Shown piece after piece: positions 7,773 to 15,494 of a DNA stretch of 64,000 bases. The DNA comes from Bacillota bacterium. GTDB lineage: Bacteria > Pseudomonadota > Gammaproteobacteria > Natronospirales > REEB76. How positions within the stretch are numbered: position 1 is the stretch's first letter; each line of letters begins with the position of its first letter. The DNA lies in NCBI GenBank assembly GCA_050261675.1, contig JBLNDO010000043.1, forward strand, positions 3,219 through 67,218. Reading direction: 5' to 3'. The notes below the pieces were generated by a model, which was not told the origin of the DNA, ran no database searches, and saw only the letters and a program-made list of their open reading frames with translations. The position numbers and the translations under genes were made by a program.

Positions 7773-9251
7773 ATGGCGCCCATGGACAACGCCGACCTCT
7801 CTCTCGACTTCGAAGCCTGCGACCGGGCACGGCTCGCGCGCGACGCGCGGTTCGACGGTCGCTTCTTCATCGGCGTGAAGACCACCGGCATCTATTGCCG
7901 GCCCATCTGCCCCGCGCCCACGTCCAAGCGCACCAACGTGCGTTATTTCCCCTCGGCCGCGGCCGCGGCCGAAGCCGGGTACCGGCCGTGCCTGCGCTGC
8001 CGGCCGGAAGCGGCGCCGGGCACGCCCGCCTGGCTCGGGACATCGGCCACGGTGCGCCGTGGCCTGCGCCTCATCCAGGAAGGCGCGCTGGACACCGCGA
8101 GCGTCGAGGGACTGGCGGAGCGCCTCGGCATAGGCTCGCGCCACCTACATCGGCTCTTCATCCAGCACGTAGGCGCATCGCCCTTGGCCGTGGCCCAGAC
8201 CCGGCGGCTGCATTTCGCGAAACGCCTCATCGACGACACGCGCCTGCCCATGACGGACATCGCGCTCGCCAGCGGTTTCGGCAGCCTGCGACGCTTCAAC
8301 GACGCGTTCCAACGGACCTACGGCCGTGCGCCGCGGGACCTGCGCCGCGACCGGCCCAAGGAGGCGGCGCGGGCGGACGCCCTGACCATGAGGCTTTCGT
8401 ACCGGCCGCCGTACGACTGGGCCGCGATCCGGGACTTCTTCGCCACCCGAGCGGTGCCGGGGGTCGAGCGGGTTGACGGCGACGCGTACACGCGCACGGT
8501 GAGCATCAACGGCGTGCAGGGCTGGATCGAATTGAAACCCGTGCCGGGCGCGGATGCGCTGCAGCTTTCGGTACACGAACTCGGGCCCGAGGCCCTGTTC
8601 ACGGTGCTGCAACGCGTGCGGCAGATGTTCGACCTCGCCGCCGATCCCCAGGACGTGCGCCAGATACTGCAGAAGGACAGGTTGCTGAAACCCTTGCTGA
8701 AGCGCCGGCCCGGGCTCAGGGTACCAGGCACCTGGGACCCGTTCGAACTGGCGGTCAGAGCGGTCCTGGGCCAGCAGGTGAGCGTGGCGGCGGCGCGCAC
8801 GTTCGCGGCACGCATCGTGGAAGCCCACGGCACCCCGCTCGAAAACCCCGTGGACGGCCTCGCGCGGCTGTTCCCCGGAGCGGAGGCGCTCGCCGAGGCG
8901 GATCTGACGCGCATCGGCCTTACGGGTGCCCGCGCCCGGACCCTGAACGGGCTCGCGAAAGCGGTGGCAGACGGCCGTGTCAACTTTACGGGCGGACTGG
9001 CTTCGGAGGAGGTGAAAGCTGCGCTCACGGCCTTGCCGGGCATCGGGGCCTGGACGGCGGAATATGTGGGCATGCGCGCGCTCGCGGACCCGGACGCGTT
9101 CCCGGCGGAGGACCTGGTGTTGCGCCGCGTGGCCGGCACCAAGAAACCGCTCAGTGCAAAGGCCCTACTGGAGAAAGCGGAGGCGTGGCGGCCGTGGCGG
9201 GCGTATGCCGTTCTACACCTCTGGCGAACTGCTTCGGAGCAGAAGACATGA
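7773..9251 (+). CDS. alkA: bifunctional Ada-N (methylphosphotriester sensor / AraC-type HTH) - DNA-3-methyladenine glycosylase II (AlkA) fusion
   Basis: N-terminus DARFDGRFFIGVKTTGIYCRPICP..GYRPCLRCRP (Ada zinc site). AraC-type HTH (IALASGFGSLRRFNDAFQR). C-terminal HhH-GPD region (LTALPGIGAWTAEYVGMRAL..PDAFPAEDL). Confidence 0.85.
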   Translation: MAPMDNADLSLDFEACDRARLARDARFDGRFFIGVKTTGIYCRPICPAPTSKRTNVRYFPSAAAAAEAGYRPCLRCRPEAAPGTPAWLGTSATVRRGLRLIQEGALDTASVEGLAERLGIGSRHLHRLFIQHVGASPLAVAQTRRLHFAKRLIDDTRLPMTDIALASGFGSLRRFNDAFQRTYGRAPRDLRRDRPKEAARADALTMRLSYRPPYDWAAIRDFFATRAVPGVERVDGDAYTRTVSINGVQGWIELKPVPGADALQLSVHELGPEALFTVLQRVRQMFDLAADPQDVRQILQKDRLLKPLLKRRPGLRVPGTWDPFELAVRAVLGQQVSVAAARTFAARIVEAHGTPLENPVDGLARLFPGAEALAEADLTRIGLTGARARTLNGLAKAVADGRVNFTGGLASEEVKAALTALPGIGAWTAEYVGMRALADPDAFPAEDLVLRRVAGTKKPLSAKALLEKAEAWRPWRAYAVLHLWRTASEQKT

Positions 9252-9775
9252 AGACCATCGAGGAACCGAACATGTATTTCCACACTATCGAAAGCCCCAT
9301 CGGCGATCTCCTGCTGGTGGGCGACGCAGACGCCCTCCACGGCGTGTATTTCCAGGACGGCAAGCGCGGCCCCACGAAGCCCGACAAAACCTGGGAACCC
9401 TCCGAGAAGCCCTTCCGGGAGGTGGCGCGGCAATTGAAGGCGTATTTCGCCGGCAAACTGACGGAGTTCGATCTGCCGCTTGAGCCCCAGGGCACCGATT
9501 TCCAGCTCAAGGTCTGGAGCGCCTTGCGCACCATTCCCTACGGCGACACCTGGTCCTACGGTGAATTGGCGCGGCGCATCCGCCGGCCGGCGGCTTCCCG
9601 TGCCGTGGGTGCCGCCAACGGCCAGAACCCCATCCCGGTCATCGTGCCCTGCCACCGGGTCATCGGCGCGGACGGCTCCCTCACGGGCTTCGGCGGCGGC
9701 TTGCCCATCAAACAGAAGCTCCTGGCTCTTGAAGGTGCATTGGCGGGGGGGGCGAAGCAAGCGGGGCTGTTTTAA
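9248..9775 (+). CDS. ogt: methylated-DNA--protein-cysteine methyltransferase
   Basis: ATG overlaps the alkA stop codon (ATGA). Active-site motif IPVIVPCHRVIGADGSLTGFGGG. Confidence 0.9.
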   Translation: MKTIEEPNMYFHTIESPIGDLLLVGDADALHGVYFQDGKRGPTKPDKTWEPSEKPFREVARQLKAYFAGKLTEFDLPLEPQGTDFQLKVWSALRTIPYGDTWSYGELARRIRRPAASRAVGAANGQNPIPVIVPCHRVIGADGSLTGFGGGLPIKQKLLALEGALAGGAKQAGLF

Positions 9776-9837
9776 GCTGCAACTTTTTGCCCGGCTCGCG
9801 CATCTATACGTTTGTGTGGCGATGCGCGAGGTGGGTC

Positions 9838-10002
9838 ATGCGCAGCAGACGCAGCGACGGTTTGTGGATCGTGTTCCTGGGCTGGCTCGCGCTCACCGCC
9901 GCGGTGAGCGCTTTGCCCTCAGCGCCGACGGCCATCGTGGCGAAGGCCCCGGCGGCGGCTTACGCCTCTCAGGCATCGCGCCGCTTGCCGTCTTCCTTAT
10001 AG
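9838..10002 (+). CDS. possible small membrane protein (54 aa), speculative
   Basis: Internal ATG of ORF 9787..10002, preceded by GAGGTGG. One hydrophobic helix (LWIVFLGWLALTAAVSAL). G+C-rich third positions. It overlaps the 3' end of the convergent PaiB-family gene. Confidence 0.3.
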   Translation: MRSRRSDGLWIVFLGWLALTAAVSALPSAPTAIVAKAPAAAYASQASRRLPSSL

Positions 10003-10616
10003 AGTTCCCTCATCAGGTCCAGCATCTCCGCCACGCCACTGTCCCGGCTTTTCGCGAATTCCCGCAGTACGCCCACCCGGTCCTCAGGGCAGCGGTTCTG
10101 ACTCAGCTTGTACTTGCCTTCCAGCCGTGCGAGGGGGAGTTCGAATCCCACGATATGGCCCGCCAGGCGTTCGGCGTGGGCTTGGGCTTCCTTCAGGCTC
10201 CAGGGGTTCTCTATATAAGCTTCATGCTCGTCGGTCAGCGTGCCGATGAGTGCGAGGAGCCGGGCCGGGTCTTCCGTGGTCCTCGGGGCCCCATGGGCGT
10301 GGATGGCCACGTAGTTCCAAGTGGGCACGTTCTTCGCGGGGTCCACGTACCAGCGGGGTGAGACGTAGGCATCCGGGCCCTTGAACACCACCGTGGACGG
10401 CGCCCCGGCCATGAGCGCGGCGCAATGGGGATTGACCTTGGCGAGGTGCGCTTCGAGCGTGCCTTTCGGGCCCCGCGACGCGTCCAGGTGGAAGGGGAGA
10501 TGGGTGAGAAAAAGTTCGCCTTCAAACGGTGTCACCAGCAGGGCGAACGGATGCCGGCGCATCATGTCGTGCAGCTGAGCCAAATCCGGGTTGTCGAATT
10601 CACTGGGGATGTACAT
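9969..10616 (-). CDS. FMN-binding negative transcriptional regulator (PaiB family)
   Basis: MYIPSEFDNPDLAQLHDMMRRHPFALLVT..HLA..NPH..GP.AYVSPRWY..VPTWNY..VH..G..KLSQNR. GGAGG ribosome-binding site. Confidence 0.85.
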   Translation of the reverse strand: MYIPSEFDNPDLAQLHDMMRRHPFALLVTPFEGELFLTHLPFHLDASRGPKGTLEAHLAKVNPHCAALMAGAPSTVVFKGPDAYVSPRWYVDPAKNVPTWNYVAIHAHGAPRTTEDPARLLALIGTLTDEHEAYIENPWSLKEAQAHAERLAGHIVGFELPLARLEGKYKLSQNRCPEDRVGVLREFAKSRDSGVAEMLDLMRELYKEDGKRRDA

Positions 10617-10741
10617 GGATCCTCCGGGCACAGCGCGGCCGGCGCCATTATCGCATCGCGGCCGTGCGACCCGCGTGGAAAATCTTCCCACACCGTGCTT
10701 AAATCGGGTCGATACGGGCCACGCATGAAAAGGGGTAGATC

Positions 10742-11545
10742 ATGAATATCAGGTTCACGAGCTTGCTTCCGCTGCTGGCGGCATCGCTACTTTCCGGTTG
10801 CGTAACCGAACAATCCTTCAATATCACCCGGGTGAACTGGCCGCCGGCGCCCCAGGATGAGGTGGACGTGCGCCCCACGCTCACTCAGCTGGTGAAGGAC
10901 CATCCATCCCTCAAGGTGGTGCTCCGGGTGCCGAACGTCACCAGCAACGTGACCCAGGCGCAGACCGCCCAGACGGGCGGTTCCGAGGCATCCCTGAACG
11001 GTGCCTACGACATCATCGAGAAGCGCCTGTTCAAGGCCGGCTTCGTGGTCCGCGACCGCGCACTGTTGAGCAGCCTCATCGACAAGGAAGGCATCAGCAG
11101 CTACCAGGAGATCCAGAAGCGCGTGGACACGGACCTGATCATCGACGTCAGCTCCCTCAAGTTCAACGATCCCCAGGACTGGCTGATCACCGACAGCTAC
11201 CAGACCGACACAGGCCAGACCAATGGGGCCAAGGTGGGCGAGGCGGTGGCGAGCGTGGAGGCCAAATTCATCATCGTTTCCACCGGCGAGGTGGGTGGCA
11301 TCGTGACCCTGCACGTGCCCATCTGCCAGAGCATCAATTGCACCTTCTCTTACTACAACATGTCCGATGACCTGAACGGCATCTACAACACCACATTCAA
11401 GGCCAACAGCGCTGACCAGGGTTACCTCAACATCCAGGACCAGAACACCGGCGCCAACGTCTATCTCTGGGGCGGTGGCAGCGGCAACGGCGGCCTCAAC
11501 CATGCCGCCGACCTCATCGCCCAGAAGATCGTCGAGGCGCTCTGA
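10742..11545 (+). CDS. orphan lipoprotein, function unknown
   Basis: Lipobox LLSGC. The central region (AYDIIEKRLFKAGFVVRDRALLSSLIDKEG ... KFIIVSTGEVGGIVTL) is reminiscent of the LpoB/CsgG-type fold. The C-terminus is Asn/Gly-rich. Confidence 0.7.
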   Translation: MNIRFTSLLPLLAASLLSGCVTEQSFNITRVNWPPAPQDEVDVRPTLTQLVKDHPSLKVVLRVPNVTSNVTQAQTAQTGGSEASLNGAYDIIEKRLFKAGFVVRDRALLSSLIDKEGISSYQEIQKRVDTDLIIDVSSLKFNDPQDWLITDSYQTDTGQTNGAKVGEAVASVEAKFIIVSTGEVGGIVTLHVPICQSINCTFSYYNMSDDLNGIYNTTFKANSADQGYLNIQDQNTGANVYLWGGGSGNGGLNHAADLIAQKIVEAL

Positions 11546-11577
11546 CGCCGAATCTTTGGTCTTTCTGGCGACATAAG

Positions 11578-11608
11578 CACCGCCGCGCCCGTGACGGGCG
11601 CGGCGGTG
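11578..11608 (+). terminator. 14-bp-stem hairpin after the lipoprotein gene (terminator-like, no T-tract)
   Basis: CACCGCCGCGCCCG-TGA-CGGGCGCGGCGGTG. Confidence 0.4.
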
Positions 11609-11640
11609 TAGTATTCGCGCAGGAAAAACTGGGCCTCGCG

Positions 11641-12597
11641 ATGAAGGGCGTATTCCTCGATTTCGACACCGTGAGCCATGCGGGCGACATCAAGCTGCGC
11701 CCCCTGGAAAAGGTGCTTTCCGTGCTGCGCGTGTTCGGCACCACCTGGCCCGAGCAGCTGCTGGAGCACGCCGCCGAGGCGGACGTGCTCATCACCAACA
11801 AGGCGCGCATCACGGCGGACGCGTTCCGCCGCCTGCCGGCGCTCAAGCTCGTGTGCGTGGCGGCCACCGGCGTCAACCACGTGGACCTCGCCGCCGCCTG
11901 GGACCGCAAGATCGGCGTGTGCAACGTGCCCGCGTATTCCAGCCATTCGGTGGCGCAGCACGTGTTCGCGCTGGTGCTCGCGCTCAACCAGCACCTCGAG
12001 GGCTACCAGCGGCTCATGCAGCAGGGTGCCTGGAAGCGCGCGCCGCAGTTCACGCTGCTGGATTTTCCCATTCGCGAGCTGCGCGACAAGGCCTTCGGCA
12101 TCGTCGGCCTGGGGGACATCGGCCGCGCCACGGCGAAGATCGCGGCTGCCTTCGGCATGAAGGTGCTGGTCGCGGCGCGCAACCCGGAGGACTCGCGCCC
12201 AGATCGCGTGCCGCTCCACGAACTCCTGCCGCAGGTGGACGTGCTCAGCCTGCACGTGCCGCTGCTGGCGGAGACCCGCGGGATGATCGGCCCGAACGAG
12301 CTCACGCTCATGAAGCCCGAGGCCATCCTCATCAACACCGCGCGCGGCGGCCTGGTGGACGAGACGGCGCTCGCCGCCACGCTGCGTGCCGGGCGTCTCG
12401 CCGGGGCGGGCATCGATGTGCTCTCGGAGGAGCCGCCGGTGCACGGCAACCCGCTCCTGGACCCCACCATCCCCAATCTCATCGTCACGCCCCACGTGGC
12501 CTGGGCCGCCAGGGAGGCTCGCCAGCGGGTGATCCACGAGATGGCACTCAACATTTCCGCGTTCCAGGCGGGCGAGATGCGCAACCGCGTGGCCTAG
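11641..12597 (+). CDS. D-2-hydroxyacid dehydrogenase (glycerate/hydroxypyruvate reductase type)
   Basis: GIVGLGDIGRATAKIA (NAD-binding site), LINTARGGLVDE, and PHVAWA catalytic His region. Confidence 0.85.
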   Translation: MKGVFLDFDTVSHAGDIKLRPLEKVLSVLRVFGTTWPEQLLEHAAEADVLITNKARITADAFRRLPALKLVCVAATGVNHVDLAAAWDRKIGVCNVPAYSSHSVAQHVFALVLALNQHLEGYQRLMQQGAWKRAPQFTLLDFPIRELRDKAFGIVGLGDIGRATAKIAAAFGMKVLVAARNPEDSRPDRVPLHELLPQVDVLSLHVPLLAETRGMIGPNELTLMKPEAILINTARGGLVDETALAATLRAGRLAGAGIDVLSEEPPVHGNPLLDPTIPNLIVTPHVAWAAREARQRVIHEMALNISAFQAGEMRNRVA

Positions 12598-12645
12598 AAG
12601 CTGCCGCGCTCGCGACGCTTTTAGGTAATTCAAACCGTTATACTC

Positions 12646-13095
12646 ATGGCCGCCAACCGGATGGGACCCGACATGGCTTCCGCGCCGATCCTGCTGCCTT
12701 GTGCCGCGCTCGCGCTCGTCACCGCCGCCGTCTGGGTGCGCTTATATGTCGACCGCATCGGCGAAATGCGCGAGAAGCGCATCCGCCCCCAGGCCCTGAG
12801 CACGTCCGCCGAGGCCCGCGAACGCCTGACCCGCACCAATGCCGCGGACAATTTCCGCAACCTTTTCGAGATGCCGGTGCTGTTCTATGCGCTCTGCCTG
12901 GGGCTCGCGGTCACGGGCCTGGGCTCGCTCCCGTTCGTGTCCGCCGCCTGGGTTTACGTGGTGCTCCGCGCGCTGCACAGCTTCATCCACTGTGGTTACA
13001 ATCGTGTCATGCACCGCTTCACGGTCTACGCCGCGAGCAGCATGCTCTTGTTCCTCCTCTGGGGCGCCTTCGCCTGGCGCCTGCTGGCGGGGTAG
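12646..13095 (+). CDS. MAPEG family membrane protein
   Basis: About 4 TM helices with a NFRNLFEMPVLFY..LRALHSFIH pattern. The start is uncertain (alternative ATG at 12673). Confidence 0.7.
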   Translation: MAANRMGPDMASAPILLPCAALALVTAAVWVRLYVDRIGEMREKRIRPQALSTSAEARERLTRTNAADNFRNLFEMPVLFYALCLGLAVTGLGSLPFVSAAWVYVVLRALHSFIHCGYNRVMHRFTVYAASSMLLFLLWGAFAWRLLAG

Positions 13096-13100
13096 GGCGC

Positions 13101-13451
13101 ATGTACGAGCCGAAGCACAAGCCGCCGTTGTCTCGCCGGGAGTTCGCCGGGCGCATGCTGCGGCACCTCGGTTTCGTGCTCCTGCTCATCGGTTTCTCGC
13201 TCGCCATCGGCATGGCGGGCTACGCCCACTTCGAGGGCATGGGTTGGCGCGATGCCTTCGTGAATGCCGCCATGCTGCTGGGCGGCATGGGCCCGGTGAA
13301 GACCGAGGGCCTCAGCGACGCCGGCAAGGTCTTCGCCGGCCTGTTCGCGCTTTACGCGGGGCTCTTGCTGATCGCCGTGCTCGGCATCCTTTTGGCGCCG
13401 GCAATCCACCGCCTCATGCACCAGTTTCACTGGGAGGGCCGCGGCGGCTGA
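13101..13451 (+). CDS. small two-TM membrane protein with a degenerate ion-channel pore-like segment
   Basis: Last 116 codons of the artefactual ORF 11853..13451. TM helix, then GWRDAFVNAAMLLGGMGPV, then a second TM helix. It lacks a canonical TVGYG filter. Confidence 0.55.
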   Translation: MYEPKHKPPLSRREFAGRMLRHLGFVLLLIGFSLAIGMAGYAHFEGMGWRDAFVNAAMLLGGMGPVKTEGLSDAGKVFAGLFALYAGLLLIAVLGILLAPAIHRLMHQFHWEGRGG

Positions 13452-13499
13452 GGCCGCGATCCCGCCGTTCCATCACCGTTCCAACGAGAGGAGATTTCC

Positions 13500-13889
13500 A
13501 TGACCACCGAATACCAAATGCTGGTTTGGAGCGTTATCCTGGGGCTCGCCCAGCTCCTCGTGGCCACCACCGGCGCCGTGATGGAACGAGGCCTGCCCTG
13601 GGCATTTGGGCCTCGCGACAATCCCGTGCCGCCGCTCGCGGGCATCAAGGGCCGCCTCGACCGTGCCTGTGGCAATTTCCTCGAGACTTTCCCGATCTTC
13701 GCCGTCCTGGTGCTCGCCGGCGGGGCCCTCGGCGTGCACAGCGCCCTGACGGCCTGGGGCGCGACGCTCTATTTCTGGGCGCGGCTCGCCTACGTGCCGG
13801 TGTACGCCGCCGGCATCCCCGTGCTGCGCACCGGCATCTGGGGCGTTTCGCTGGTCGGCATCGTGCTGCTGCTCCTGCCGCTCATCTGA
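13500..13889 (+). CDS. MAPEG family membrane protein
   Basis: 129 aa. R..RA..NFLETFPIFAVLVL..R..Y is typical of the MAPEG/GST-like membrane family. Confidence 0.75.
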   Translation: MTTEYQMLVWSVILGLAQLLVATTGAVMERGLPWAFGPRDNPVPPLAGIKGRLDRACGNFLETFPIFAVLVLAGGALGVHSALTAWGATLYFWARLAYVPVYAAGIPVLRTGIWGVSLVGIVLLLLPLI

Positions 13890-13896
13890 CGCGACA

Positions 13897-13944
13897 TTTT
13901 CCGGCGGGCCTCCCGTTTTCGGGAGGACGCCGACCGCCGGAAAA
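13897..13944. terminator. compound hairpin (11-bp outer stem plus 7-bp inner stem)
   Basis: TTTTCCGGCGG..CCTCCCG-TTTT-CGGGAGG..CCGCCGGAAAA, with T-run/A-run flanks. Could act as a terminator in both directions. Confidence 0.5.
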
Positions 13945-13948
13945 GATG

Positions 13949-13964
13949 TACTATAATTATAGTA
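13949..13964. promoter_or_regulatory. perfect 16-bp all-A/T palindrome TACTATAATTATAGTA (candidate -10 element and operator)
   Basis: Contains consensus TATAAT on both strands. Lies about 50 nt upstream of the ATG at 14011, in an otherwise G+C-rich spacer. Confidence 0.4.
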
Positions 13965-14010
13965 ATTAAACGGTGGGACGTCCTGTCCCGCCGCACAGGA
14001 GGTTGGTGAC

Positions 14011-14544
14011 ATGAAGAAACTTCTCTGGGCGGCCGCGGCGGCCGTGCTGTGTGCCTGCTCGGCTCCCCAGCACCGCTTCGAGAGCGATCCGGGCGGGTAC
14101 GGGCTGTTCGTCGCGACCACCAACATCTTCGCCAATTCCATGCTGGTGGTGCAGAACGAGGACAGCGGCAAGCTTTACCCCATCCGCATCAACCACAACG
14201 TGGCGGGCGACAGCGCGGGCTACGCCATGGCCTCCCTGCCCGCGGGGCGTTACCACCTCGAGACCTACAGCCCGGACGGGGTGAACAATTACCCGATCAC
14301 CACCGCCAACGGCTGGTTCGAGGTACAGAACAACTGCTTCAACTTCGGCGGTCGCTACGATTTCGCCATAGGCGAGGACAACCTGCCCGTCTACACCAAC
14401 ACCACCACTCTGCAGGACATCGCCGACCTGCCGCACCACTATCGCGACCTGGCCTCGCCCCACGACGTCTGCGACGCCGGCATGGGCCGCGCCAGCGAGC
14501 GCCTCAAGTACGCCGACGTGAAGGAGATGCTCCAGCTGGAGTGA
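14011..14544 (+). CDS. orphan lipoprotein, function unknown
   Basis: AGGAGG ribosome-binding site. Signal peptide plus lipobox-like LCAC. Distantly similar to the lipoprotein at 52597..53100. Confidence 0.7.
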   Translation: MKKLLWAAAAAVLCACSAPQHRFESDPGGYGLFVATTNIFANSMLVVQNEDSGKLYPIRINHNVAGDSAGYAMASLPAGRYHLETYSPDGVNNYPITTANGWFEVQNNCFNFGGRYDFAIGEDNLPVYTNTTTLQDIADLPHHYRDLASPHDVCDAGMGRASERLKYADVKEMLQLE

Positions 14545-14550
14545 CGCCCT

Positions 14551-14979
14551 TCAGGGCAGTACCAGGTTGCGGAGGATCCGCCAGCGGCCGTCGGGCTGGC
14601 GCTGCCACACCGTGAGATAGCGCCCGGCCCGCACCGGCCCCATGGCCGGCGTGAGGCTCGCCTCCCCCCACTCGTAGACCAGGCCGCGGTCCTCGACGCG
14701 TTGCACGCTGCGGGCGTAGGCGCTCTTCGCCGGGCCGCCTTTCGCGAGACGGTCCCGCATCATCTTCTCGATGGCGTCATGGCCCGCGGTACAGGTGCCA
14801 CGGGTGTCGCAGAACACCGCGTCCGGTGCGTAACCTTCGGCCTCGAGCTTGGCGTCGCCCTTCACCACCGCTGCGGCCCAGTCCTGGTTCGCCCGATCGA
14901 TGTCCGCGTCCGCGGATGTGGCGGCCCCGGCGGCCGGGGCCAGGAGCAGGGAGAGGAGCAGGACGGAGCGGAGTTTCAT
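14551..14979 (-). CDS. secreted NTF2-like (SnoaL/DUF4440-type) protein
   Basis: Signal peptide, then W..A...GD......YA.DAV........G..AI........ and a C-terminal YL.VW.RQPDGRWRI.R motif. Confidence 0.7.
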   Translation of the reverse strand: MKLRSVLLLSLLLAPAAGAATSADADIDRANQDWAAAVVKGDAKLEAEGYAPDAVFCDTRGTCTAGHDAIEKMMRDRLAKGGPAKSAYARSVQRVEDRGLVYEWGEASLTPAMGPVRAGRYLTVWQRQPDGRWRILRNLVLP

Positions 14980-15113
14980 GGCGGGATCCGGTTCGATGCG
15001 AGGTGAATCATTCTAGGGCGGCAGCTTTTCCCACGGGCTGACTCCGTCGGCGATGAATCCATCCCGGGTGCGGGTATAAGCTCGGGAGCGGCAGGGCAGC
15101 GGGTGCGAGCGGC

Positions 15114-15494
15114 ATGATCTATGGGCTCCTGGCGGACGCGGTGGTGCTCCTGCATTTCGCATTCCTGTTGTTCGTGGTGTTCGGCGGCCTGCTGGCCTTG
15201 CGCTGGTGGAACGCCATCTGGCTGCACCTGCCGGCCGTTGTCTGGGGCGCCTGGATCGAGTTCTACCAGCGCAGCTGTCCGCTCACGCCCCTGGAGAACG
15301 TTCTGCGTGAACACGCAGGGCTCGGCGCCTATACCGGCGGATTCATCGACCACTACGTTCTGCCGGTCATCTATCCCCCGGGGCTGACGCCCGGCGTGCA
15401 GGCGCTGCTCGGCGGACTGCTGGTGGCGGCTTACGCGGTCATCTATGCTCTTGCCTGGCGCCGGCATCGGGCGCGCACCCGGGAGCTGCTGTGA
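15114..15494 (+). CDS. DUF2784-like membrane protein
   Basis: HFAFLLFVVFGGLL...CPLTPLEN motif. Confidence 0.7.
   Translation: MIYGLLADAVVLLHFAFLLFVVFGGLLALRWWNAIWLHLPAVVWGAWIEFYQRSCPLTPLENVLREHAGLGAYTGGFIDHYVLPVIYPPGLTPGVQALLGGLLVAAYAVIYALAWRRHRARTRELL

Noticed and set aside
11853-13451. 532-aa plus-strand ORF running across the dehydrogenase and first MAPEG gene.
   Set aside because: Only the last 116 codons (from ATG 13101) read like a real membrane protein. The rest is an off-frame read-through of other genes.
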